From the NCBI RefSeq assembly GCF_001194135.2, contig NC_068985.1, positions 92,660,375 to 92,724,374 on the forward strand: DNA of 64,000 nucleotides, in the 5' to 3' direction. This document shows positions 51,264-64,000 of the stretch, piece after piece (position 1 is the stretch's first letter; every line of letters starts with the position of its first letter). The position numbers and the translations under genes were made by a program. The notes below the pieces were generated by a model. It saw nothing but the letters and a program-made list of their open reading frames with translations, was not told where the DNA came from and did not search any database. Source of the stretch: Octopus bimaculoides. Lineage: Eukaryota.

Positions 51264-53844
51264 TTAACTTCACAGGAAGAAGGTGCATAATTATGTTAGA
51301 AAATATTTACTGAAAAAGTAATAAATAAACAAACACGTTTTTCATGACAAAAGAAATCATATCTTAGTAGCAAATGGCTACATATGTATAAACAATTTCA
51401 ATGGAATTTGGAGCATGGAATATTTGTAACAGCAGACGAATGTGTGCAAAGCAGTAATTGTTTTTTTCTTAAACATTACAAATATATTTGTTTTCCCACA
51501 GCATAAACTGAATATTGCTCCAAATTGCATATAAATTGATAGATGTCATTTTATGCCTGGCTATACTTTCTGTTGATAACTACCTAATCATGAACTTTTG
51601 AGGAGTACCTATTTTTCAATGCTGTAGATTAAAGCAAAAAGCATTAGTTTGATTTTCCAAAAATGTTACGTACTGTCCCTAAAGAATAGACCATTGGGTC
51701 AGTATCTTAGCTATTATGCTACAATTAATGATACTTTTAAAACAGGGTTAATATTTATTTATGTTTTTGTTTATGTAACCTATATACTTCGAGCTGGTGA
51801 ATTTTTATTTCCTGTTCAAAAATTGTGATATTTCTGGTTTGTGTAGCTGTACATTAAACTCTCGTTTTCATTTTTATATTATTTTAATGGCTGATCTTAC
51901 ATTCATATCATGCTCATAGGTTTTGTTACATATACATCATACAGATTATAACTTTTATGTTCTTAGCTGAACTTTGTCTAACCATAAAACTGCATAACTT
52001 ATGATGGTTACAAATGTTTTTTTTTTTTTCTGAGAGTCTACTAAAATAGATATTTGAAACAACTTTATACATTCCTGGGATATAGAATAATTCCTGTTAG
52101 CTATTGATTCCTTCAGTCACCTTCCCATGTTCATAACATTTGGTGTAACTTTAATGGAAGTTGGGAGGGGATATTAATTGAAACCTTTTTTTTTTATACA
52201 TGAGAATGATCAAAGTATCTTTTGATGCATTTTTCTAAGTATTAAATAATGAGTTTACAAAACAAACCAGAGCTTTAATAATGCTATTTTTTACCTACTG
52301 TTATTTAATTTGCAATACTTGAAATTTAAATAAGGGTGTTAGGGTGAAAAATCAAGCTGTAACATTTTTCTGAAAGTGTATGGAAAAAATAGTTCTTTTA
52401 TATTTCCTGCAATATTCTATTGCTTTCTGCATACTGTTTCCTTGTTATGGTATTGATCAATAATCAGAAGTTTGCGGAATCAATGAAACATTAAGAATAA
52501 TTCTAGCAGGAATTTGTGGAACCAGGTCATTCAATAGCTTTTTAAAAAATACTTGAAAATGATTGTGCTCATATTGATCAGCAAAACTATAACATTAGAT
52601 TCTACTGTGATAACAATTTTAACTGGGATCTCCTTACAATGTGCAGTTTATTTTCCATACTAATACATACACACTCACACACTCTCTGATAGCTTAGAAA
52701 AGTGTTTAAAATCAACTCGTGCAGTGAGTGCTCTACCAGAAATATCATTAAATAATTTCTCAGATAATGTTATGAACATACTATACCTTTCATGGTCTAC
52801 AGGATATTGTCCTATTTCTAGAAAAGGTAATGGTGTCTCTGTTGAGATGACCCACTATATAACAAAATGTATATGAAAGGAAAAATTCTGTTACATGCTA
52901 TATGATTTCAGTATACATTATTCAAGTAATTTAAGGAAAATATTATTCTTTCAATATTTATTATTGATATTGTAAAGGATAGCAATTAAGCTACTGTACT
53001 ACTTTCCTGGTGAAGATGTATTTCTAGTGTTATTATATTCTTTAAGAAAACGTTTAACTGTATGTGTTTCATTATACCTGAGTGTATGCATTTGTGAAAG
53101 TGTCAAACCTTAAACACCTGCTTTAATAGTGCATGAATATGTCAGTGTTTTAAAACCATCCTATTCTAGCAGGCATGTAAAAGAGTATTAAAGGACACTT
53201 GTAAATGTACATTTGCTGTCTAAAGCTTCAAGCATTTATGAAATTATTTAATGTGTCTGTACTGTTGGTGTACAGGGGCTTCTGGCAAAGTAATGGTATA
53301 CATAATTATTGAATATTTAAGGGGCACTGATCCTGAAGTTACTTGTTAAAGTAATTTGGACCCAGTTTGTATTAACCTTAGTACTTTAGTTAATTGGCTA
53401 AAATATTGGTAGGAATAAAGGTATTTATAAGAAATTATGTTCTTTGAAAAGAGGAAAATGAAAACAATGTTCAAGGTCTGTCCAAAAGGAAACTAAACTT
53501 AAAAAAATATGCATGTTCATTCCTCGTTAACCTACTTTTTATACCTGTTTTCCTTGCTGGCACGGATTTTACACTCTAGTTGTAAACTTGTTTTCTTGAA
53601 GTTAGTTCACTCCACTGTTCATTCCTGTTCCTCTCATTTTCCCTGTTTTAAATGTGTCCTGAAATGCATTACCAGGAGTTGTCCTTTATGTACAGTTGGT
53701 AACTTTTCAGAGTGTGATGCACCTCTGAACCCCCCCCCCCCTCCAAATGTGGGGTTGCTGACAAATGCAGTGAGTAGAGTAGTTGGATATGAGAGTAGTT
53801 TTGTGATTTGCTAAAATGTTATGGATAAGGATTGTTGTCTGAAT

Positions 53845-54300
53845 AGCTGCAGTGCCACGGTGCAATTCTCAATTTTGTTTGTCCATGTCATAGACCTTTC
53901 TTTCATAGTGCCACCCTTCTGAAGTGCCTCAGGATATCCAAGTAGAACTTTTTATTGATCATCTGGTCATGTGCAACAAAATCATTTTCAAAGATAGATT
54001 TCCAGTTAAGAATGATAATCAACATCACATTCATATCTGTGCTACTCTGATCTGCTTTACTTTTGATTGCATCAAGGTTTCCTATCCATTACTATGAATT
54101 CTTATTTCAACATCTTAGCCGTACACCTACATCTCACCACCTGCTATGGCACTTTCCCATGAAGTTTTCTCCAACATTCAAAGAATCAAATGACTTCTGA
54201 TTGATTGTAAATAGTTCTATTTTTGCTCCTTTGTTTGCAGATACTGCAAAAATTTTGTAGCAAACTGATGTCTCCTCAATTTTCTTTTAAAATCATTTAG
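53845..54300 (-). pseudogene. Decayed mariner-family DDD transposase fragment
   Basis: ATKFLQYLQTKEQK (cf. AKFVPxxLTxEQK); IAGGEM*VYG*DVE (cf. ITGDETWVYGYDPE); DFVAHDQMINKKFYLDILRHFR (cf. EFVPxGQTVNxxYYLEVL); LHRGTA (cf. LHHDNA). Confidence 0.85.
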
Positions 54301-55082
54301 CATAAACTGTTATAGATGCCTACTTTTCTGGAAACTTAACAAACCATCAGGCACTTATCTTCCAGAGTTCACCACATGCACTTTCAAAATATGATTGTCA
54401 CATATTGGGAATTTGTTCATGTGATCACCTTTGGTGGACGTTTTTACTAATTTGGAATGCTGGTACCAATTGTGACATTGCTTAAGCCTGTTGCAATATT
54501 AGAAAGCAAAGTATTTTACTTTATTTTGAGACAGTATTTACTCTTCCAAATCTTTCATAGTTCAACTTACAACATTTTGCCAATAGCACTAAATATATAT
54601 TCACTTTAGTATTTTCAAACTAATGGTGTGATGTAGCTTTATCACACTGAAGGTCACAGTTATCCACTTGCAGCATTGTGTCACTTAGTGTGCTATTTTA
54701 AAACTTTGATTGCTCTTTGGCCTGGCCTCATAAACACGAATGCTGAAAAGATTTAACTCAAAGGTCAAAAGGTGGGGCCTTAGTTATGGCTGTATCTTTT
54801 GACTGAAACCAGCAAGAAAGAAAATAGGCAAAATACACTGGCTAAACAATTTGCAAAAAACAAAGGAGATAAGAAGTATAAAGACTAAAAAATATGGTTT
54901 GTCTCACAAGAAAAGTAAAATGATGTTAAAGAAATTGCTACCTTACTTCATATAAGTAAATTTTTGCTTAATGGATGCGTGCTATACTTTTATGATTTCA
55001 TTATTGCTAAAGTAGTTAATATATCACGGACTAATTAACCCGATCTTTTCTGCTTTTGTTACTGTTTGTGGGCAGCTATCAG

Positions 55083-55398
55083 CAGTGGCAGACTGGCCAG
55101 GTTGCCAGCTTGCCTGATGGCATGAGTGCCCCTGTGCCATTAGAATCCATATATGGGGGCCCATGTTAGTATCTAAGGGTCCCATCCCCTCAAGTTTGAG
55201 AATTTTTTATTCACACCTGGAAGAATGCATTAATTATTTCAGCCTGGCTGTGTTTGTAGACAGTTGAAAAGAATACTTTAAACAAAAAAAAAAAAAATTT
55301 TAATGATAGCATTGTAGTTGCAGGTGGGCCCCCTTGAGTTGTGGGTGGGCCCACTTAGTCTCCTGGCAATTAGTATTTTCAGACCTAGTCCACCACTG
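55083..55398. mobile_element. hAT-type MITE, 316 bp
   Basis: TIRs CAGTGGCAGACTGG / CTAGTCCACCACTG; perfect 8-bp TSD GCTATCAG at 55075-55082 and 55399-55406. Confidence 0.92.
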
Positions 55399-58271
55399 GC
55401 TATCAGTGTGAAATGCATTTCTTTGCCCTCCTTCTATGGATGTAGGTTTCAAATCATATCTGTAGCTCAGAATTTTACTAATTATCCACTCCTCAACAAT
55501 TATGCAAATCATACTTATAAAAGTGAGGTTCTTCTGATTTATATTATCTCCTGTATTTGTTAAAAAAGCTTACATGGAAAACAGTAATCTAGTGTAGAAC
55601 ATTAGAATGTTCTAAGTAAAGCAAGGCAATGAGACATACCAGAGTACGTACAAATTAAAAACTGAAATTACCATTATGGGAAAAAGGCAATAAAAAAGAA
55701 TGGGTTAAAAACTGAAATATCTCAAAGCTGTACAGATTTCCATATTATAGTTACATCCTTCATTTTGTTTATCTATTTAATTTTTAATTTTCATGGAGTG
55801 CTTCGAAGACTAATCTTCTGTGGGTTAATATGAAAAACAGGCTTTTGTCTATCAACTTAGTTCTTGATTAATTCTAATAATCCAAGTGAGAAAGATATTG
55901 GATGTGGTTATGATTTTTAAAAAATTTCCATGTGTCAGGAATTCTTTAGTAAAAAATAAAGGCTTCTACATATATACTTCTATTGTAGAGATTTTAATTT
56001 TATTCTGAATAAATAATCACTATCTACTCAACTATGCTGTGGTAAGTTATGTATGTCATTCAAAATACCACTAGATGATGGCCTGCATGAGTAACTTACT
56101 GAGATTGTAGAAGCTATGTAAGCATGCTGTACCCTTATTTGTGCTTGGAAATTCAATAAAACCACTGATTGGATGGAAACAATTATTTGATAAAATGTTT
56201 AGTAACATTTATAGATATCAAAATATGAAATGATTTCCCAATTTATTTGTTCTATGTTAGATAGTATTTATTCTTTGTTGATGGTATCTGAAGGTTAAGT
56301 AACACTAGTCACAGATGCAAAGTTTTATGCACCATATTAAATTATGAATTCAGCTATTTTTTAAAACTTTTTTTTTTCCATTATGTGTACTAGCTTTAGA
56401 ATACACTGAATCCATGTGTATTATAAGAATCATACTATAAACGTTTAGTGCCTTGAAGTGGAGGAAACCATAAATCACTGATTAAAAACAAAACAAAACA
56501 AAAAAAATGGTCCAGCATGAGAAAGCAGATGGAAAATGCTGATGATGATACTTTGATAAAACCTCATAATATATTGCTAATTAATTTGGACAGTTAAATT
56601 TTTTGTGCAGATTTAAAGCTAGTAAAGAACTGTTGTGTGTGTGAGAGAGAGACACATTGGGAAGCTTGCTGTTTTGTACTCGGTGCATATTGATATTGGC
56701 CCATTAGTCCATTTCTTTTCTTTATTGACAGTAATTCATAATATTTATCTATCCTTTGAACATTATTATGTTGCATATCAATGTTTTTTGATCTGAGTGT
56801 GATTTTTGTTTGTAATTTTAAAAAGAAAAAGATTTCTGCATTATCTTTAAAATTATTTTAGAAATTCTTCTGTCTCTTCTGTGATTTTTTTCAAGATCAA
56901 ACACATTCATTTTTGTTTCATTAAGTACTATTATGAATTATACTCTCCAGTTCAAAAGATTGTACGTCAAAGTTATACTAGTATTCTATTTACCTTTCAA
57001 AATTATTTGTTTAACCCTTTAATTACCTACATTTTTAGGTATCCCCCACTTTATATTTTTAATGAAATTCTAAACTAATTTTGAATTTTAGCTCGTTTCA
57101 TAAAGCATCTATAATTTTGTTTACATAGTAAAGTGGTATTATGAAAACAATAAAAATGTTGTATAACTGTATTTTAGAATTTGTTTCAAAACTACTTTAA
57201 TTACAGATAAGTATAGGTAAAACTCTGAAATACATAGTTATTTATATTTGATTGAATATCTTCATATAAGTTAAAAGCCAATATTGTTTTTACAGATTAT
57301 TAAGTGTCCATCATATTTATAGTAAATATATTCTAATTTGTCCATTTTGTCCTCCAGTTACCTTTGTTTATATTTTTGTGTTGTGATTTGTCTCTGCTAT
57401 TATTATACGGAACACTTGAATTGCCATTAACAAAATTTAATAGTCAGTAGAATTTGAATCATGGGAAAGATTGGTTGGGTCTGGTTTCTTCTTCAGATTT
57501 TGGCAGAGAACTATTTCAAAAGGTTGCCCTCTCTCCATTTCACTACTGCTGTCTGCACATTGTTTACACACTCTGAATTTGGTTCAAAGTACACAACTTC
57601 TTTTGCTTGATGCCTCTTTTTATTTGCTGCATTCAAAAATCATTCAAATTCAGAGTTGCTTTTAGTAAATCTGAAGCTTATGTAATTTTGCATTAAAAAA
57701 AAAAAGTATATAAAATCAAGTAGGGCAGGAATTTGGAAAAAATATCAAATATTTGGTAAACACAAATTTCGAGTATAAAAATATTAGTTGATATAGCAAA
57801 TGTTTATCTAATGAAATCACAATATCACTAATGCAGTGATGACATGTTGATACTTTGATTTATATATGAAGTACAAACTACTACAGAAACTTTGGTATTC
57901 TATGATAATTGTATTGGATGAGTTTGTAATGAAAAGATTAATAGTTTAGCAGAGACAGTGCTTATGGATTCTTTTCAGATCTTCCATTGCTGTTGGGAGG
58001 GAGGGTTAAAGTTATGTTCAGACCTGAATGATTGCAACAGATGGAGCACCCAAGAGCCAGGTGGTGTTGACATAGAATAAAGAGAATATTCCTCTAAAAT
58101 ATTTACTTAGAATTTGAATTATTGATCCTGTTCCCTCCAAAAGACAAACACATTACTGTATTCAAATAATTTGGAGCATTTAAGATGAGATGTATATGCA
58201 TATTTCAAGATTTCTCTCTGCTTGAAATTGTCAAGAAATGGGGAAAGAAAGGTAATGTTATTTGTTAGCAG

Positions 58272-58302
58272 ACTTGGTGTTTGGATTTTCTATTTGCTGA
58301 TG
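58272..58302 (+). other. Candidate 31-nt (or 34-nt) microexon
   Basis: ttatttgttagcag NAGNAG acceptor; ATG|gtaagt donor; open frames TWCLDFLFAD and LGVWIFYLLM. Confidence 0.25.
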
Positions 58303-58544
58303 GTAAGTCTTTGATATGCTATTTTCCCAACCAGCTAGTTTTATTTATTAGGGCAAGGAGCAAAATAACTTTGTATTACAAATCGAGAATATATTATGAG
58401 CAAGAGGTGTTAGAATTGCCGTGTCCATAACGCATCTGCTCCTTTCAATAAGTTCGCTACAATAAGCTCAAAGCTTCAGATATTTGTTATAATTGTGTAT
58501 CTTTGTTCACCACTGTTATCTGGTGCATCTAATGTGTTTCCTGC

Positions 58545-58857
58545 CATGGGAGCGGAGCCAGTTCAGTGGGACTGGCATTGACCATGCTCGATTAGTGCTT
58601 TTTATGTGCCACCAGCATGGGTGCAAGTCAGGTGGTACTGTCATCGACCACTACAATGATATGACTTGACTCAACAGGTCTTCTCAAGCACAAAATATTG
58701 CCCAATGACTGAAGGGTACTTTTAAATAGGCCAGTTATGTGACGCTGGCATAGGCCGCAGTTATGGTCTCACTTGGCTTGCTGGGTCTTCTCAAGCACAG
58801 TATATCTCCAAAGGTCTTGGTTGCTTGTCATTGCCTCCATGAGGCCCAAAGTTCAAA
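58545..58857 (-). mobile_element. RTE-type LINE 3' fragment: ORF2 C-terminus plus repeat-containing 3' UTR
   Basis: Minus frame TLGLMEAMTSNQDLWRYTVLEKTQQAK* (stop 58769-58771), followed by the units seen at 27442/27509. Confidence 0.8.
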
Positions 58858-60174
58858 TATTAGAAAATATCATATATACATGAAACTATGTATTTAGGCA
58901 CATACACACGTGAATGTACACAGTCACAGAAGGTAGCTGTCTGTATTTCTGATTATGGTAAGCAACTGTTGAGGATGAAAGCAGCTTCTGAAAAAATATG
59001 GTCTTGTCCACTCCTTGATGTGCAGCTTTTCTTTGTCTGTCTGCTTCTCTTTTTCACACCCACATTCTATAATGACAAGAAGAAAACTATCTGGAGATCA
59101 ATATTGCTGCTACCTTAATAATGGTGTAAGCAGCAATTACTTAGAATGTGATGACATTACTGTAATCACAAAATATAAACTGTGTAATCATTATATCCTT
59201 GTAGCTTCTGAATCCCTTTAAGATTTGGAAGTCCCTATAGGATGCTGTTAGTACTATTCACTGTTCCTGTGAGGATTAGTATGATTTAGCTGTATTGGCT
59301 GAATGAGAGGTGTGCGAGATTGAAATGTAGTAATAGTAGTCATAAGAATTACTAAAAAGGGATCCCATGATGAAGTGGTGACGCTTCAAGAGATGGAGAA
59401 GATTAAATCATGATTAGCAGATGTGCTTAGGAAGGTTATTTAGAAGCTATTTATTCAACTGTAACTAACTAAGATTTTTCTTCTCATTTAATCTAGGTTG
59501 TGTTTCTACCAGCATGAATCAGATAATGTGCATCTGCAGGAAATTTCATTTTTGTTGTTGTTGTTGTTGTAATAAATGGTTTGTCCAACCTCATAAAAAG
59601 GCTTACTGCTACTCTTTCCTGCCAAGTAATTTCTCGGTTGGAGATATTTCACTTGCACCAAATGCACTACAAAGGCTAAATTGACCCTTCAGAAAATATT
59701 CGTTATACTTTCTAATTGTTAAAGTAACCCTATCATGCAGATTTAATCACTTGCATATCTTTCTGCTGCCCAATTACATTTCACTATAGGCAGGACTTCA
59801 AATTTTCTTGCTACCAAGTCAGTATAACCAGTCACTTAATAGAATGAATTCTGCTCCATTACAGGAAAACATGATAATTGGAACACCAAGTCTAGAGAAA
59901 ATGGAATATAGGTATCCTTTTATGGGTTTTGAGATTCCGTTGTGGTAGAAACAAGATTCAGTCTAAGTGGTGCATGAGTTAACCTGAAACCACATTTATA
60001 TTGTACTAAGAGCCTTGACGTGGGTCTGTCTTAAGCCTTAGTGCTTAAGGTCAGAGGATAATCTAGTTTTCATGGCACAAAGATTACAACGCTTCACATG
60101 GAATGGGATGCTAGTCTTTCAAAGGATTGTTTTTACTGCTATTGCTGGAAAACACACAGTTGTGTGTATTACGA

Positions 60175-60420
60175 CAATGGCAAATGAAGTGTTTTGCTCA
60201 AGAACATGGCATACTATACTGTATGGTGGGGCCTGCACTGTTAACAGCACATCACTGCATCCACTACTCCTGGTGGATGACACCTTTGTACCACATGGGC
60301 GACAACTCTCCAATCCATGGGTCTGATTGGCTAGTCATTATTGGTTAGGATTTCATGCGGCTAGAGAGCAGATCTTACTTCAACTTCTTTTAGTTGCCTT
60401 TTATGATACTCAGAGAAAGT
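60175..60420 (-). mobile_element. Degenerate SINE-like fragments
   Basis: AAGTGTTTTGCTCAAGAACA and TTTTAGTTGCCTTTTATGATAC...CTATTCT resemble SINE core and tail motifs (recalled, unverified). Confidence 0.35.
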
Positions 60421-60438
60421 GTTGGGTCTATTCTTTGA

Positions 60439-60814
60439 GAGGCTGTATGGTAAGTAGCTTGCTTACCAGCTGCATGGTTCTGGGTTCAGTCCCACTGCAT
60501 GGCACATCGGGCAAGTGTCTTCCACTATAGCCTCGAGCCGACCAAAGCCTTGTGAGTGGATTTGGTAGAGGGAAACTGAAAGAGGCCCATCATTATATAT
60601 GTGTGTATATGTTTGTTCCCCTCCCCTACCATTACTTGACAACTGATCTTAGTGTGTTTATGTCCCCATAACTTCATGATTCACCAAAAGAAGACTGATA
60701 GAATAAGTACCAAGCTTACAAAGAATAAGTCCTGGAGTCGATTTGTTTGACTAAAGGTGGCACTCCAGCATGACCACAGTCAAATGACTGAAACAGAAAA
60801 AAGAATAAAAGAAT
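60439..60814 (+). mobile_element. Full-length composite SINE (A head + linker + B tail)
   Basis: Colinear with the other copies. Confidence 0.92.
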
Positions 60815-61037
60815 GCCAATCAACATACAGCACATGAATATGACATAACTGTAAGGAAATTCAGGTTTGCCTATACTCCAAAAAAAGCTGTGAAAAGAAG
60901 TTTGCATTGAAGAGTTGGACTCCCACTAACCGCAAAGTTTAATGAGCATTTGGTAAAAGTTTCTTTTCAACCATTGTAATCCATCAGACTGAGAAATTAG
61001 AGGCAGACAATTAAGAATCAGTCTTTTTTTAATGCAG

Positions 61038-61090
61038 TCTCGATTGTTTACACAGCTCTTTATACTGCACAATTAGATTTTGGTCTGAAG
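61038..61090 (+). CDS. Candidate 53-nt exon (SIVYTALYTAQLDFGLK), product unknown
   Basis: gtctttttttaatgcag acceptor, AAG|gtagga donor, two open frames, locally CpG-retaining. Confidence 0.3.
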
Positions 61091-62812
61091 GTAGGACTTG
61101 CACTTACAGCCAAGGTAGTTTAATCAGTTCTCTAATGGAATTAACTCTGGTCCATTGTCTGATCTTATTTCCGTCGCCACTTGTTATGTTTACAATAATT
61201 GAATTAAAGAAGCAAGTGCGTTGTAGTCCATAGCTATAAGTCTCGAGGTGGATGTTATAACTGTTCATGGTAAATCAGCTTTACACAAGCAGTGCGTCAA
61301 AAAACTGGTTCCTAATAGAAAACTACAGGCATATTTTGTGCAGCCTCTTGTTTATAATATATTCATTCCTTTATGTCCAATTTCCCCCACTTGGGTAGGT
61401 TGGATGAAGATAAGGTAACATTTTACAAATGGATGCCCTTCCTGTTGTCTACTCTAACTGGTTTTTCAAGTAAGGGATTTTTACTTTACTGGTCTTCCAG
61501 AGTACATAACGAATTGTTGTAATATTATCAAGGCATGTAAACATTATATCGTTGTTTTGCTCAAGCAGTGACATGCAAAGCTATAGAATGTTGCTTTTCA
61601 TATGCAATTGCACACAGTGTGTGTATGTATACATACATTATGTGTAGTACATACACAATTAATTGTACGTGTACACACATATGCACAAATGACTTCCATA
61701 TCTTTTCCATTTTTCAATTCTTCACACATTTGTCAGGTTGAGGCTACAGTATGCATTTACCCTGGGTATCATGTTATAAAGCTTGAAAAGCACTTGTTTA
61801 GAATACATGTAATATAATAAAGATATATTTTATGCAAGCAATGTTAAACACATCAAATGACAGATTAGGAAATCTCATCTAGAACTATGCATGTAAAGTA
61901 TAGGTAAATGGTTGTTGTGGAATTTCTAGTTCACATATTTAAGGATACAAATCTTATCAAAGTACAAACAATACCATGGCTTTGGAATAGTCACACTATT
62001 GGTATAGTTTGTATCCACTTTTTATACTTGTCCTAATGTTAAAAGTTGGAGACAAACTTGAGTCCTACCAAAGGATATCACTGGGGAGCAAAATTGGTAA
62101 CCAGGTCAAACTAAGTAATTTCTGATTTCTTGTTAATCTTTTAGAGTAAAAATTGGTCAACATAGTTGTTGTTGTTGTTGTTAGTTTCAAAAGTAGTCAG
62201 GTGGTGAGCGCTATTTTTGTTTTTTGAAGAAATTTTTCCTCAACTTTGACCAAATTGTAATTGAAGTTGCTTATAAAATATCTAGATAATGTTTGGTGTT
62301 TAACAATCAATATTCTCTCCTGTGTTGTTTGCAATGGGGCAAAATGGGTAACGACTAATTTTAGTACTTCGTATCTCTTTAAATTGTATGGTGTTTAAAT
62401 ATATCAAGAAGGAAACTACTCCAGTAAATCATGAAGTGGCCTGAGAGTCTATTTTATGTTGTTTCGTTCATTTCATATCATATGTCAGTTTTTCATGATC
62501 TTCTTTCATTTGACCTAGATGTTTTAATTTTTGTTGCAGTTCTGATCTTTCTGAAGTTTAAAAATACATATTCATGTCTATGAGTCATTGTTCAAATGTA
62601 ATTCTGGAGAAATGAAGGGGCAGATTTATGCTCAAAGAGAATGGAGATTAATTTTTTGAAATAATGTTTTGAATATAGTGTTTTTAATGCATTTAGAGAA
62701 GGTCATTTTCTCAGCCGATATAGTTTTTCTAAGGTAGTGAACATTTGTTAAAAGACCCTACAGAAATACAGTTTTCTCAAAGTTAAAAATACAGTGAATC
62801 TTACTCATTGTG

Positions 62813-62970
62813 CCTCACCTACATATAGTTGGAATTTACAAAAAAGCAAACAAAACGAAAGACGAAGACGGGTGTGTAAACAACAAACAGATGTATTAGT
62901 TTAACACTCGGGAAGTGAAAAAGTCTTTTACATTTTGAGCCTACACTCTTCAACAGAAAGGAACACGAGG
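62813..62970 (-). promoter_or_regulatory. CpG-retaining segment ending in a minus-strand TAG|GTGAGG splice motif
   Basis: 5 CpG within about 115 bp; minus-strand pyrimidine tract without AG for about 86 nt; donor GTGAGG at 62818-62813. Confidence 0.3.
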
Positions 62971-63025
62971 AAATAAGCAGAGAGATAAAATACAAAAAAA
63001 AAGAAGGTTTAGTGGCTAGCAATCA

Positions 63026-63028
<3 letters not shown>

Positions 63029-63064
<36 letters not shown>
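63029..63064. repeat. (TA)n microsatellite
   Basis: Direct reading. Confidence 0.97.
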
Positions 63065-63070
<6 letters not shown>

Positions 63071-63549
63071 CAGTTTACCTGGTTTCTGTCATTAGATGGC
63101 TGCAAAGATATTATTGATTATAACAAATAGGTATTCTTCAAGTACTTATCTTATGTTCTTAGGAAGAAATGTCAAGTTGACCTGTGGAATTAAATACTAA
63201 AGCAATGTGATTGTGAAAAGAAACTGCATGATCATGTCTGTGCATTTATATATGGTTTATACATATATACATATACATCTATATATGTAGTCGTTTGGAT
63301 ATAGAAATGAGAGAAAACATATAGAATGCAAGTGAGGGTTCATTTATTTTTTCAAAGCTGATAGTTTACTCCATTTCTACTCAGAATTACTCATCAGAGA
63401 CTATCCTTCAGGCAACAAGTATGATTTCCAAATATTTTTTTCTTGCCTGAAGGATTGCATAGTTTTTAAAAATTCTCTTTTGTTTTTCTATGGTATTATG
63501 GTTTAGTGAGGGAGAGAAGGCAGTGCCTGCGAACTTTATACTTTTTCAG

Positions 63550-63571
63550 GGTATTCTGAGAGTAGCAGGAG
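63550..63571 (+). other. Candidate 22-nt microexon (GILRVAG)
   Basis: tttatactttttcag acceptor, GAG|gtaaga donor. Confidence 0.25.
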
Positions 63572-63684
63572 GTAAGAATGAAGTAATCCTGAAACCAGAG
63601 AGCTGACTTGCAGCTGAGTGAATGCAGATGTTAAATGAAGATGTGTGTATATATGTACATCTTGTATATACATACATGCATGTG

Positions 63685-63690
<6 letters not shown>

Positions 63691-63762
<72 letters not shown>
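63691..63762. repeat. Long (TA)n microsatellite
   Basis: Direct reading. Confidence 0.98.
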
Positions 63763-63764
<2 letters not shown>

Positions 63765-64000
63765 TGTGTTTGTGTATATGAAAATCTGATTGCAATTGTA
63801 TTTACTACTAATTAGATTAGCTAATAACAGTAAAATAGCTCATGATAAATTACTATGAGGAGCTTCTAAGAGGGAAATGGCAGTACCACTCTAGTAATTA
63901 CTCTTATATTGTCTTACAGAAATACCTTTCCTTCGGACTTGGTGTCCTGTTAAGGCTTATACTTATTCTTGTTATAAACCAATGTGTATATGTAATACAT

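Noticed and set aside
57978-58060. Plus-strand exon candidate LPLLLGGGLKLCSDLNDCNRWSTQEP
   Set aside because: Weak donor (gtggtg), and the sequence resembles a decayed family D repeat
62819-63022. Minus ORF with a signal-peptide-like hydrophobic N-terminus
   Set aside because: TTG start; hydrophobicity follows from T-richness; no homology recognised

Overview
Very AT-rich, CpG-depleted eukaryotic DNA, dense in microsatellites and interspersed repeats. The repeat content looks like a coleoid cephalopod, probably Octopus (inference from pattern recognition, not from a search). No protein-coding gene can be identified with confidence. The window reads as a long intron or intergenic stretch, and the supplied ORFs are mostly microsatellite or chance frames. 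Supported features: (1) many tRNA-derived, modular SINE copies; (2) decayed retrotransposon coding fragments (RTE-type RT, an RTE-type ORF2 C-terminus and tail, a CRE-like RT); (3) a decayed mariner transposase; (4) MITEs with clear TIR/TSD signatures (Tc1/mariner, two hAT, one probable piggyBac); (5) mini- and microsatellites; (6) two 10-N assembly gaps, so contiguity across them is uncertain. Most interesting observations: a minimal type I hammerhead-ribozyme motif in a 324-bp-spaced direct repeat (Penelope/retrozyme-like); a recursive-splice-site architecture (AG|GTAAGT plus a 58-nt RS-exon); a pre-miRNA-like hairpin; a helically phased cluster of POU octamer motifs; and inverted repeat pairs that could form ADAR substrates. 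Several short candidate exons are listed at low confidence.
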